Assembly: GCA_903865745.1 (NCBI GenBank)
Contig: CAIPKV010000001.1
Location: 41,992-105,991 of the forward strand
From: an uncultured Verrucomicrobia subdivision 3 bacterium
Lineage (GTDB): Bacteria > Verrucomicrobiota > Verrucomicrobiia > Limisphaerales > UBA11358
Length of the DNA stretch: 64,000 nt
Reading direction: 5' to 3'
The stretch's first letter is position 1, and every line of letters starts with the position of its first letter. A program made the position numbers and the translations under genes. Of this stretch, positions 1-9,393 are shown one piece after another. The notes below the pieces were generated by a model that saw nothing but the letters and a program-made list of their open reading frames with translations, searched no databases and was not told where the DNA came from.

Positions 1-957
1 CAGCACGAGGTTATGCGGCGCGAAGTTCTCTTTGCCGAAGCCTTTGCGTTTGCCGAGGATCAGCGCGAGGGTCAAGGCCGAGTAACCGGAGGTCATATGC
101 ACCACGGTACCACCGGCGAAGTCCATCGCTTTGATTGGCGCAGCGGCGTTCCACACACCGTTCATGTAACCGTTGATGCCCCAGACCGCGTGGCCCTGGG
201 TGAAGTAAACGATCAGCATCCAGAGCGTCATGAACACGAGGATGGCCTTGAACTTCATGCGTTCCGCGATGGAACCGAGGATGAGCGCGGGGGTGATGAC
301 GGCGAACATGAGCTGGAACATGCAGTACACGTTTTCCGAGACCCAGTAGGAGTAGTTCGCATTGGGCGCGGAGGTAACGTTGTTCAGCATCCAGCAAACC
401 ATCGGATTGCCGACCCAGCCTTTGACCCAGTCCTTGGACATATCGCCGGTACCGCCGAAGATCATGCCGTAACCCACGAACACCCAGAGGATGGTCACGA
501 GGCCGGTGATCAGGAAGCATTGAGCGAGCACAGACAGGACGTTTTTGCTGCGAACCATGCCGCCGTAGAACAGCGCGAGGCCGGGCAGCGTCATGAACAA
601 CACGAAGGCCGTGCTGGTGAGCAACCAGGCGTTATGACCGGCACCCGGATAGGTGTAGGTGGTGCCAGTGCTGTTGGCGAGACTGCTCATGATGGGCGAG
701 GTAACGACGACGTTGCCATTCGTATCTTTCAATGGAGCGGTCGGGTCGCCGTTGGAGAAGTAGGCTTCAACGGATTCGAGGCGCTGCTCGATCGAGGCGG
801 CTGGGAGCGGCGCCGCATTGGTCGTTGCGGCGACCGCATTCGTCACGGCGGCGACCGCGTTGGTCACGGCCGCGACGGTGTTGGTATCCGCACGGAGCGA
901 AAGCGCACCGAAGGCGGTGCCCGCAATCAGGGCGAGTGTTAGAAAATGTTTTTTCAT
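1..957 (-). CDS. amtB: Ammonium transporter (Amt/MEP family), N-terminal part only; the gene runs off the left window edge
   Basis: Not in the ORF track because no stop codon lies in the window. My translation of the minus strand from ATG (CAT at 955-957) gives MKKHFLTLALIAGTAFGALS (signal peptide). It continues through LFMTLPGLALFYGGMVRSKN, MFQLMFAVITPALILGSIAERMKF and MDFAGGTVVHMTSGYSAL, all typical Amt signatures. It lies directly downstream of the PII gene. Confidence 0.9.
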   Translation of the reverse strand, partial: MKKHFLTLALIAGTAFGALSLRADTNTVAAVTNAVAAVTNAVAATTNAAPLPAASIEQRLESVEAYFSNGDPTAPLKDTNGNVVVTSPIMSSLANSTGTTYTYPGAGHNAWLLTSTAFVLFMTLPGLALFYGGMVRSKNVLSVLAQCFLITGLVTILWVFVGYGMIFGGTGDMSKDWVKGWVGNPMVCWMLNNVTSAPNANYSYWVSENVYCMFQLMFAVITPALILGSIAERMKFKAILVFMTLWMLIVYFTQGHAVWGINGYMNGVWNAAAPIKAMDFAGGTVVHMTSGYSALTLALILGKRKGFGKENFAPHNLVL

Positions 958-993
958 GTTTATATATGTAAGTGAGGTTTGTTTAGTTGGTGA

Positions 994-1347
<354 letters not shown>

Positions 1348-1393
1348 TTATATGTGCTCGTCCAGCCAACTACGCATTGGCTCCTGCGCTCTT

Positions 1394-1409
1394 AGCAACG
1401 GCGATGCCA
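1394..1409 (-). promoter_or_regulatory. Putative sigma54 (-24/-12) promoter for glnK-amtB
   Basis: The minus strand reads TGGCATCGCCGTTGCT. This matches TGGCAC-N5-TTGCW with GG and GC at the correct spacing, and sits about 60 nt upstream of the glnK ATG. Confidence 0.55.
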
Positions 1410-1593
1410 ACTGCAAAACCTTTTACGCAGTAATGCAGAATCCCCTGATTTTACCGCTATTTAATCGGTAATGAATTTTTTTGACCAGCACCACCAGCAC
1501 ATTGTTTTGAAGCTTTTTGCCCACCGGAAGAAATTTTCGCCAGTAACGACAAGGGTTCCCCGGCAAAGAAATCTACACCGCACTTGAATCGCC

Positions 1594-2601
1594 GTGGCTG
1601 ACCACTTAAATTCTGCCGCCATGAACGCCCCGCTAAAAGACCAGGTTGCCCAAACCTCCGAGTGGATTAAGAAGCTTCGCGCGGAAATCGCCCACGTCAT
1701 CGTCGGCCAGGAAGCGCTCGTTGACCGCCTGCTGGTCGGGCTGCTCGCGAACGGCCACGTTTTGCTCGAAGGCGTGCCCGGTCTCGCTAAGACGCTGTCC
1801 GTCCGCACGCTCGCGACGGCCGTGCAGGCTAAGTTTAATCGCATCCAGTTCACCCCCGACCTCCTACCCGCGGATATTCTTGGTACGCTGATTTATAATC
1901 CGCAGGATGGGAAGTATCACGTCACGCGCGGCCCGATTTTTGCGAACTTTGTCCTCGCCGACGAAATCAACCGCGCCCCGGCGAAAGTCCAGAGCGCGCT
2001 GCTCGAAGCGATGCAGGAGCGGCAGGTGACCCTGGGCGGCGAGACGATGAAGCTGCCGTCGCCGTTCCTCGTGCTCGCCACGGAGAATCCGATTGATCAG
2101 GAAGGCACGTATCCCCTGCCCGAGGCGCAGGTGGATCGTTTCATGTTCAAAGTGATTCTGGATTATCCGAACGAAGCCGATGAACGGAAGATTCTCGACC
2201 GCATGGCCTTCACGAGTCCGGAGCAACCAGTGAAACCCGTCGTGTCGCTCGATGAAATTCTCGCGACGCGCAAGCTCGTGGATCAGATCCACGTGGACGA
2301 CAAGATCCGCGATTACATCGTGAAAATTGTTTTCGCCACGCGCAAGCCGCAGGATTTCAAGCTGGACGTGAAACATTTCATCCAGTTCGGCGCGTCGCCG
2401 CGTGCGACCATAAACCTGACGCTTGCCGCCAAGGCCTGGGCGCTGCTGCAAGGCCGCGATTATGTGATTCCCGAAGACGTGAAGAGCATCGGACCCGATG
2501 TGCTGCGCCATCGCATTATTCTTACATATGAGGCCGAGGCGCAAGCGGTGACGACCGACGCCATCATCAAGAAAGTATTCAATGCGGTGCCGGTGCCGTG
2601 A
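1594..2601 (+). CDS. MoxR-family AAA+ ATPase
   Basis: Motifs HVLLEGVPGLAKT (Walker A), FVLADEINRAPAKVQSALLEAMQE (Walker B/sensor) and ATENPIDQEGTYPLPEAQVDRF. GTG start at 1594; an alternative ATG lies at 1621. Confidence 0.9.
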   Translation: MADHLNSAAMNAPLKDQVAQTSEWIKKLRAEIAHVIVGQEALVDRLLVGLLANGHVLLEGVPGLAKTLSVRTLATAVQAKFNRIQFTPDLLPADILGTLIYNPQDGKYHVTRGPIFANFVLADEINRAPAKVQSALLEAMQERQVTLGGETMKLPSPFLVLATENPIDQEGTYPLPEAQVDRFMFKVILDYPNEADERKILDRMAFTSPEQPVKPVVSLDEILATRKLVDQIHVDDKIRDYIVKIVFATRKPQDFKLDVKHFIQFGASPRATINLTLAAKAWALLQGRDYVIPEDVKSIGPDVLRHRIILTYEAEAQAVTTDAIIKKVFNAVPVP

Positions 2602-2622
2602 GGTATTAATTAAGATTGAGAT

Positions 2623-4926
2623 ATGAAACTGATTATTGCGCTGGTATTGGCATCGCTTACCAGCTTCGCTGCGGATTTAACGCCCCAACATACCTTCACC
2701 ATTGGCACGAATGATTTTCTGCTCGATGGCCAGCGGTTGCAGATTCGTTGTGGTGAGATTCATGCCGCGCGCGTGCCGATGGAGTATTGGCGGCACCGTC
2801 TGCAAATGGCCAAGGCGATGGGCTTGAATACGGTTTGTGCTTATCTGTTCTGGAATTTGCACGAACCGAAGCCGGGCGAGTACGTCTGGACCGGCCAGGC
2901 GGATGACGCGGAGTTTTGCCGCATCGCTCAGGAGGAAGGCTTGTGGGTCATCCTACGGCCCGGCCCGTACGCCTGCGCCGAATGGGAGATGGGGGGCACG
3001 CCGTGGTGGCTCCTGAAATACGACGACATCAAGTTGCGCTCGCGCGACCCGCATTATCTCAATGCCGTTAAATCTTATTTGAAGGAAGTCGGCCGCGTGC
3101 TCGGCCCGCTGCAGATTACCCACGGCGGCCCGATCATTATGGCGCAGGTTGAAAACGAATATGGCTTTTACGGCCGGGACGCGGGCTATATGAATGAGAT
3201 CAGGAAAGCCCTGCTGGACGCGGGCTTTGACGTGCCGCTCTTCGAATGTAATCCGCCGGATGTGATGAAGAACGGTATGCTCACGAATCTATTTCAAGCG
3301 GCGAACTTCGGCAGTGATGTGCAGCGGAACTTCGCCAAGCTTCGCGCATTGCAACCGCAAGGCCCGTTGATTTGCAGCGAATTCTATCCCGGCTGGTTCG
3401 ATACCTGGGGCGCGACTCATCATTACGGCGACCAGACTAAATATCTGGCCAACCTGAAGCTCATGCTCGATGACGGCGCGTCGTTCAGCATTTATATGGC
3501 GCACGGCGGCACGACCTTTGGTTTGTGGTCTGGCTGCGACCGGCCGTTCAAACCGGATACATCCAGTTACGACTACGACGCGCCCATAAGCGAAGCCGGC
3601 TGGGCCACGCCGAAGTTCTATGCGACGCGCGAACTCTTTTCTAGATATCTGCTCCCCGGCGAAAAACTACCGGAACCGCCCGCAGCCAATCCGGTCGTAA
3701 GTTTTGCGCCGGTTGAACTCACGGAAGTTGCGCCAGTGTTCGCCAATCTTCCACCGGCGATAAAGGACGAAACGCCGCGCAACATGGAAGCCTATGATCA
3801 GGGCTACGGCTGCATCTTGTATCGCACGAAAATCCCAGCGGGCGCGGCGGCGACGCTGGAAGCCACGGCCATCCACGATTTCGGCTATGTGTTTCTTGAT
3901 GGCCAACGCGTCGGCATCTTAGATCGCCGCAACGCCAACTCGAAAGTGGTGCTGCCGGCGCGCAGCCAGGAAGCGCAACTTGACATTCTGGTTGAACCGC
4001 AAGGCCGCATTAATTTCGGCCCGGAGATGGCCGACCGCAAAGGGTTAATTGCCCCAGTGAAACTGGGCGGCGAGGTTTTGACCGGATGGGAAATTTATAA
4101 CCTACCGCTCGACGAGCAGATGCTGGCGGGCCTGAAATACACCAACATTAAGCCGCCGGCGAATGCGCCCGCCTTCTGGCGCGGTACGTTTACGCTGGAT
4201 AAAGTCGGCGACACTTTTTTGGATTTGCACAACTGGGGCAAGGGCGATGTGTGGGTGAACGGCCATTGCCTCGGACGTTACTGGAATATTGGCCCGACCC
4301 AAACCGCCTACGCGCCCGGCTGCTGGCTGCACGCCGGCGCAAATGAAATTGTCATTCTCGATACGATTGGTTCAGAAAATCATACGGTCGCGGGACTCGA
4401 AAAACCCGTGCTTAATGAATTGCATCCAGAGAGAGACTTCGCTAGGACGCATCGGCCCGTGGTGAAATTAAATCTGGATTCCGCCACACCGGTTCACACC
4501 GGCACGTTTGCGCCGGGCGCGGACACGCAGGAAATCAAGTTCGCCGCGCCTGCCACCGGCAAATATTTCTGCCTCGAATCACTTAACGCGCAGGACGGCA
4601 AGCCCTACGCCGCCGTGGCCGAACTGGATTTGCTCGACGCCAGCGGCAATGCGATCAGCCATAATGGCTGGATCATCACGTACGTGGATAGCGAAGAACG
4701 CGTCGCGGAGGACGGGTCGGCGGAAAATGCGATTGACGGTCAGACCGCGAATTTCTGGCATACGGAATGGAAGAACGCACAGCCGGATTATCCGCACCGA
4801 CTGATTTTGAATCTTGGCCAGACCCAGACGATTTCCGGCTTCCGCTACGTTCCCCGCCAAGGCGAAGGCAGCGGGCGCATCAAGGATTATCGCATCTACA
4901 TTGGCGACACCTTAATCAGCCACTAA
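2623..4926 (+). CDS. Secreted GH35 beta-galactosidase with a C-terminal F5/8 type C (discoidin) domain
   Basis: Signal peptide MKLIIALVLASLTSFA. GH35 core GEIHAARVPMEYWRHRLQMAKAMGLNTV..RPGPYACAEWEMGGTPWWL..AQVENEYG. C-terminal region NAIDGQTANFWHTEW...ISGFRYVPRQ. Confidence 0.85.
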   Translation: MKLIIALVLASLTSFAADLTPQHTFTIGTNDFLLDGQRLQIRCGEIHAARVPMEYWRHRLQMAKAMGLNTVCAYLFWNLHEPKPGEYVWTGQADDAEFCRIAQEEGLWVILRPGPYACAEWEMGGTPWWLLKYDDIKLRSRDPHYLNAVKSYLKEVGRVLGPLQITHGGPIIMAQVENEYGFYGRDAGYMNEIRKALLDAGFDVPLFECNPPDVMKNGMLTNLFQAANFGSDVQRNFAKLRALQPQGPLICSEFYPGWFDTWGATHHYGDQTKYLANLKLMLDDGASFSIYMAHGGTTFGLWSGCDRPFKPDTSSYDYDAPISEAGWATPKFYATRELFSRYLLPGEKLPEPPAANPVVSFAPVELTEVAPVFANLPPAIKDETPRNMEAYDQGYGCILYRTKIPAGAAATLEATAIHDFGYVFLDGQRVGILDRRNANSKVVLPARSQEAQLDILVEPQGRINFGPEMADRKGLIAPVKLGGEVLTGWEIYNLPLDEQMLAGLKYTNIKPPANAPAFWRGTFTLDKVGDTFLDLHNWGKGDVWVNGHCLGRYWNIGPTQTAYAPGCWLHAGANEIVILDTIGSENHTVAGLEKPVLNELHPERDFARTHRPVVKLNLDSATPVHTGTFAPGADTQEIKFAAPATGKYFCLESLNAQDGKPYAAVAELDLLDASGNAISHNGWIITYVDSEERVAEDGSAENAIDGQTANFWHTEWKNAQPDYPHRLILNLGQTQTISGFRYVPRQGEGSGRIKDYRIYIGDTLISH

Positions 4927-4932
4927 ATTGAT

Positions 4933-5859
4933 GTGCCGATGACGCTCAGCGAACTGCTCGAATCCGTCCGCCGCGTGGAGGTGCGCACGAACCGGCTCGT
5001 GAACGACACGATGGGCGGCGCGTATCTGAGCGGCTTCAAAGGGCGCGGCATGGACTTCGAGGAGTTGCGCGAATATATCCCCGGCGACGATGTACGCAAT
5101 ATCGATTGGAACGTCACGCATCGCCTCGGACGCCCGTTCGTGAAGCGCTTCCGCGAAGAACGCGAACTCACCGCGGTGCTCGCCGTGGACGTATCCGCGT
5201 CGTCGAGCTTCGGCTCAGCCGACCGTACCAAGCGCGAATTCGCTGCCGAGATTGCCGCCACACTCGCTTTCTCCGCCGCGAAAAATGGTGACAAGGTTGC
5301 CCTACTACTGTTCACGAACGAAGTAGAACTATTCATTCCACCGCGCAAGGGTCGGCGGCACATCCTGCGATTGGTGCGCGAATTGTTGATGTACAAACCG
5401 CGCCAGCGCGGAACCGATATATCCGGCGCGTTGGTTTTCTTGAACCATGTACTGCACCGGCGTGCGCTGGTTTTTCTGCTCACGGACTTTTTGCCCAGCA
5501 CAGCTGCAACTGAAGCAAGCAACCCCACAAACCGCCGTGAGATCGTTGCTGAACTTGGCCTCACGAACATCCGGCATGACGTTGTCTGTCTGCATTTACA
5601 TGACCCGCGCGAAAGCGAATTGCCCGACGCCGGTCTGGTGACCATCGAAGATGCCGAGACGGGCGAACAATTGGAACTCGACTCCTCGCGCAGCCGGGTG
5701 CGCAAGCGCTTCGCCACCGCCAACACCGAACGCCTCGCTAGCTTGGATCACATTCTCAACCGCACCGGCGTGGACACGCTGCGACTTAAAACGACCGAAC
5801 CGTTTGCGCCGGTGCTGCAACGATTCTTTGAAATTCGCCGGGGACGGCGGCGCGGATGA
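4933..5859 (+). CDS. DUF58 (vWA-like) protein, MoxR partner
   Basis: GRGMDFEELREYIPGDDVRNIDWNVTHRLGRPFVKRFREERELT is the DUF58 hallmark. It overlaps the next ORF by 4 nt. Confidence 0.85.
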   Translation: MPMTLSELLESVRRVEVRTNRLVNDTMGGAYLSGFKGRGMDFEELREYIPGDDVRNIDWNVTHRLGRPFVKRFREERELTAVLAVDVSASSSFGSADRTKREFAAEIAATLAFSAAKNGDKVALLLFTNEVELFIPPRKGRRHILRLVRELLMYKPRQRGTDISGALVFLNHVLHRRALVFLLTDFLPSTAATEASNPTNRREIVAELGLTNIRHDVVCLHLHDPRESELPDAGLVTIEDAETGEQLELDSSRSRVRKRFATANTERLASLDHILNRTGVDTLRLKTTEPFAPVLQRFFEIRRGRRRG

Positions 5860-6413
5860 AACATCGTTTCACCATTCTTTTGTATCTGCCATTCGCGGCC
5901 TTAGCCGACGACACCAATGCTTTGCCCGCGCTCGCGCCCGCTTACGGTGAATTGCCGCCGACATTATGGGAACAATACCAGTCCACGATTATTGTTGCCG
6001 GGTTTGCGGTACTGGCGATTGCATTCTTTTTTCTACGCGTCTGGCTGCGACCGAAAACATCGGTCATACTGCCACCAGAAGTAGTGGCGCGCCGGAGCCT
6101 CGCAAGATTACAGTCACAACCCGAGGACGGAAAAGTTTTGAGCGAAGTATCGCAATGCTTGCGTAACTACATCAGCGTAACTTTTAATCTCCCAAACCAC
6201 GAATTCACGACGGCTGAGTTCTGCACTCTTATGGAAGCCAGCCCGCAAATCGGTGCCGAACTGGCAGGAACAGTTTCAAACTTTCTTCGCGAATGCGATG
6301 AACGCAAGTTTTCTAAGACAAGTGTGGAAGCCCCACTAAATGCTGCAACGCGCGCGAATGAACTGGTGGTCTTAACTGAACAACGCCTGGAACAACCCCC
6401 CGCCACCCCATGA
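5856..6413 (+). CDS. Small membrane protein of the Bat operon (DUF4381-like)
   Basis: Signal-like N-terminus plus one TM helix (IIVAGFAVLAIAFFFL). Its position between DUF58 and BatA is typical. ATGA overlaps at both ends indicate translational coupling. Confidence 0.55.
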   Translation: MKHRFTILLYLPFAALADDTNALPALAPAYGELPPTLWEQYQSTIIVAGFAVLAIAFFFLRVWLRPKTSVILPPEVVARRSLARLQSQPEDGKVLSEVSQCLRNYISVTFNLPNHEFTTAEFCTLMEASPQIGAELAGTVSNFLRECDERKFSKTSVEAPLNAATRANELVVLTEQRLEQPPATP

Positions 6414-7450
6414 ACGGCGAATTTGAATTCCAGTTTCCGTGGGCACTGGCCTTCCTGGGTATCCTACCGGTTTACGCGCTACTATGCGGCAAAAGCGGTA
6501 AGCTGTCGGCGCTAACTTTTTCCAGCGCGGCCATCGCCCGTGAAGCTGGCGTAAAAGCGCAATCGGCCGCCGGACGGTTTATATTTTTCCTACGACTACT
6601 CGTTGTGGCGCTGGGCATCGTTGCGCTGGCCGGACCACGGTTCACAAACTATCACGTCGAAACCGAGACTCCGGGCATTGACATCATGCTGGTACTAGAC
6701 TTGTCGTGGTCCATGGAGGCAATTGACATGGGCAAACCAGCGGAAAAGCTTTCGCGCTTCGCCATCGCGTCCGGCGTTCTGAAAGATTTTATTCAGAAAC
6801 GGCCAAATGACCGCATTGGCCTGATCGCCTTTTCTGGCGTGCCGTATTTGACCAGCCCACTCACGCTCAATCACGACTGGCTCATCGAAAATCTTTCACG
6901 ACTGCACATCGGCATCATCGGTGATCTCGGCACGGCCATCGGCGATGCTGTCGCGGTTGCGGCCAAGCGGCTCAAGGCTGTACCAAATAGCAAGAGCCGC
7001 ATCATTATTCTGCTGACTGACGGCGACAACAACATGGGAAAAATTGATCCCCTGCCCGCTGCACAACTCGCCGCCGCGATGGGCTCAAAGATTTATGCCA
7101 TCGGCATCGGAATCGAAGCTCCGTGTAACATGCCGGCGTTCGATCCGGCAACAGGAATATTTAAGCTCGATGCAAACGGCAATGTGATTCCTACGTTACT
7201 GCTGCAGCCAGCGAATTATTCGGTGCTGGGAAAAATGGCGAACTTGTCCGGCGGCCACTTCTTCCGCGCCACAAACCAGCATGAGTTGCAAAGTATTTAC
7301 AACCAGATTGACCGACTGGAAAAATCCGAAGTAAAGCTCCGGCGGTTCGCAACCTACGAACCTTTATTTGAATGGCCGCTGCTGGCCGCGCTTGGCTTGC
7401 TGGCGGTAGAAATGATTTTGGCAAACACCAGATATCGTCGCGTACCGTGA
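6410..7450 (+). CDS. batA: BatA-like vWA-domain membrane protein
   Basis: N- and C-terminal TM helices flank a vWA domain (DIMLVLDLSWSM MIDAS motif, IILLTDGDNN). Confidence 0.8.
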   Translation: MNGEFEFQFPWALAFLGILPVYALLCGKSGKLSALTFSSAAIAREAGVKAQSAAGRFIFFLRLLVVALGIVALAGPRFTNYHVETETPGIDIMLVLDLSWSMEAIDMGKPAEKLSRFAIASGVLKDFIQKRPNDRIGLIAFSGVPYLTSPLTLNHDWLIENLSRLHIGIIGDLGTAIGDAVAVAAKRLKAVPNSKSRIIILLTDGDNNMGKIDPLPAAQLAAAMGSKIYAIGIGIEAPCNMPAFDPATGIFKLDANGNVIPTLLLQPANYSVLGKMANLSGGHFFRATNQHELQSIYNQIDRLEKSEVKLRRFATYEPLFEWPLLAALGLLAVEMILANTRYRRVP

Positions 7451-9390
7451 TGAACTTCGCCGATTTCCATTTTGTGGAACCGCGCTGGCTGTGGCTGGCG
7501 GTGATCGCGCCGATTTTGCTGGCGCTACTGCACCGGCACGCCGCACAAGCACGCCGCAAGCAGCTAGCCCGCATGGCATCGCCACACTTCGTAGAACAAC
7601 TCACGGCGTCACATAGTCCGGCACGGCGCTTTTTCAAAAATATTTTATTAGTTGCTGCCTCCGCCCTAGCTGGAATCGCGCTCGCCCGCCCGCAATGGGG
7701 CAATATCTCCACGGATAAGGCGTGGCTCGGTGAGGATGTGGTCTTCTGTCTCGACTGCTCGCTGAGCATGACGACCACCGACGTTTTGCCGAGCCGCCTG
7801 CAACGCGCAAAGTATGCAATACTCGATTTTGTCCGGAAACAAAGTCACGGCCGCGTCGGTCTAGTCGCTTTCGCCGGCAGTGCATTCATCCAATGCCCGC
7901 TGACGTTTGACGCGGATGCATTCGAGGAAACACTTTTGTCGATGGATGAGAATACGATGCCTATTCCCGGCACGGATATCGGACGCGCATTGGACGAGGC
8001 CTATCGCGCGATGGATAAGGGAAGTCGGCGGAAACTAGTAGTGCTCATTACCGACGGTGAGGACTTGGAGAAATCCGGTGTCGCCGCCGCCAAAAGGCTA
8101 GCGACAAATGGCGTGGTAGTTTACACCGTCGGCGTCGGCACGCCCGCCGGAAAGGAAATCCAGAGCCGCAACGCCGCCGGACAGCCGGAACTACTGCGCA
8201 ACGCAAAAGGCGAGATTGTTCACAGTCAACTTGATGAAACAACACTACGTGAAATCGCTGAGGCTACTGGGGGCAACTATTATCCACTCGGCACGCTCGG
8301 CGACGGTCTTACGAAAGTGCGCTCAGCTATTCACAACCTCGACCGCGCCAGCGGCCTCCAACAATCCGCGAAGAATGGCGTGGAGCGTTTTCACTGTTTC
8401 ATCGCTGCGATGCTGGTTCTACTTGTCACAGAATCGCTCCTCGGCACTCGACGAAAGGTGCTACCTACATCGGTACTTTTGATTTCCATGTTACTCCTCA
8501 TCAACCAATCGGCGCAGGCATCGTTCGAAACAAACTCCTTAACGCCCGCCACCGCCCGGGATTTTTACAACTGCGGCGCGCGGTTACTGGCGGCGACAAA
8601 TTTTGCGGGCGCAGAAAAAATGTTTGAGTCCGCACTCGCCACACAGGACGAACGCTTGCAGCCACCGGCCCTTTACGATCTTGGACACGCACGATTCAGC
8701 GAGGGCATGGAACTTTTGAAGAATGGCCCGGACGCGCAGAAAATTTCCGCGCAGGGCCGGGCGGCCTTGGCGGCGGGGGAAACTGCCATCCACTCGGCTA
8801 AATCCGCGCTAGCAGACACCAATCTCGACCGGATGATTTTCTACTATCTCGAGGGCCGGGGCTCGCGGCATGAATTGAGGGCCGCGGAAAAAGCGGTGCA
8901 GTCGGCTATGGAAACCTACGGCAATACTTTATTGAAATGGCAGCGCGCAGCCGATGATTTCAAAGGCGCCGCCGAGTTGAATCCCGCTGACACAAACGCA
9001 ACGCATAACGCGGAAGTGGTCGAGCGAGACATTGCCAAGCTGGTGGATAGCCTGCAAAAAATGCAGGCGATGGCCGGGATGATGGGCAAGCAAAAGCAGG
9101 ATTTAGGCAAGCTGTTAAGTAAGATGAAAGGCCAGATTCCTGCGCCCAATGCGCCACCCGGCTCAGCAGGCGAAGACGGTGACGACGATGAAGGTGACGG
9201 CGTGCAGCCGGATTCGTTGGCCGGGCAGAAAGAAAACGCAGCGCGCGAAGGCGACCAGATGCCAGTCCAGCTGTCTCCGGATCAGGCGGGGCAGATTCTC
9301 GATGGCCTTTCGCTGGTTGGTAGCCGACGCCTTTCGATTAGCGATAAGCAGGGAAAGCCACCAGGCGACCGCACAGGACGTACTTGGTGA
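7450..9390 (+). CDS. batB: BatB-like vWA protein fused to a BatC-like TPR region and an acidic C-terminal tail
   Basis: The tracked ORF starts at 7372. The in-frame ATG at 7450 overlaps the batA stop (TGATG) and gives MNFADFHFVEPRWLWL. vWA motifs are DVVFCLDCSLSM and LVVLITDGED. TM helices, TPR-like helices and a DDDEGD tail follow. Confidence 0.75.
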   Translation: MNFADFHFVEPRWLWLAVIAPILLALLHRHAAQARRKQLARMASPHFVEQLTASHSPARRFFKNILLVAASALAGIALARPQWGNISTDKAWLGEDVVFCLDCSLSMTTTDVLPSRLQRAKYAILDFVRKQSHGRVGLVAFAGSAFIQCPLTFDADAFEETLLSMDENTMPIPGTDIGRALDEAYRAMDKGSRRKLVVLITDGEDLEKSGVAAAKRLATNGVVVYTVGVGTPAGKEIQSRNAAGQPELLRNAKGEIVHSQLDETTLREIAEATGGNYYPLGTLGDGLTKVRSAIHNLDRASGLQQSAKNGVERFHCFIAAMLVLLVTESLLGTRRKVLPTSVLLISMLLLINQSAQASFETNSLTPATARDFYNCGARLLAATNFAGAEKMFESALATQDERLQPPALYDLGHARFSEGMELLKNGPDAQKISAQGRAALAAGETAIHSAKSALADTNLDRMIFYYLEGRGSRHELRAAEKAVQSAMETYGNTLLKWQRAADDFKGAAELNPADTNATHNAEVVERDIAKLVDSLQKMQAMAGMMGKQKQDLGKLLSKMKGQIPAPNAPPGSAGEDGDDDEGDGVQPDSLAGQKENAAREGDQMPVQLSPDQAGQILDGLSLVGSRRLSISDKQGKPPGDRTGRTW

Positions 9391-9393
9391 AGT

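Noticed and set aside
13-942. 309-aa plus-strand ORF at the left edge
   Set aside because: It is antisense to the clearly recognisable amtB reading frame. It has Gly/Arg/His/Asp-rich composition with no motifs, so it is a shadow ORF.
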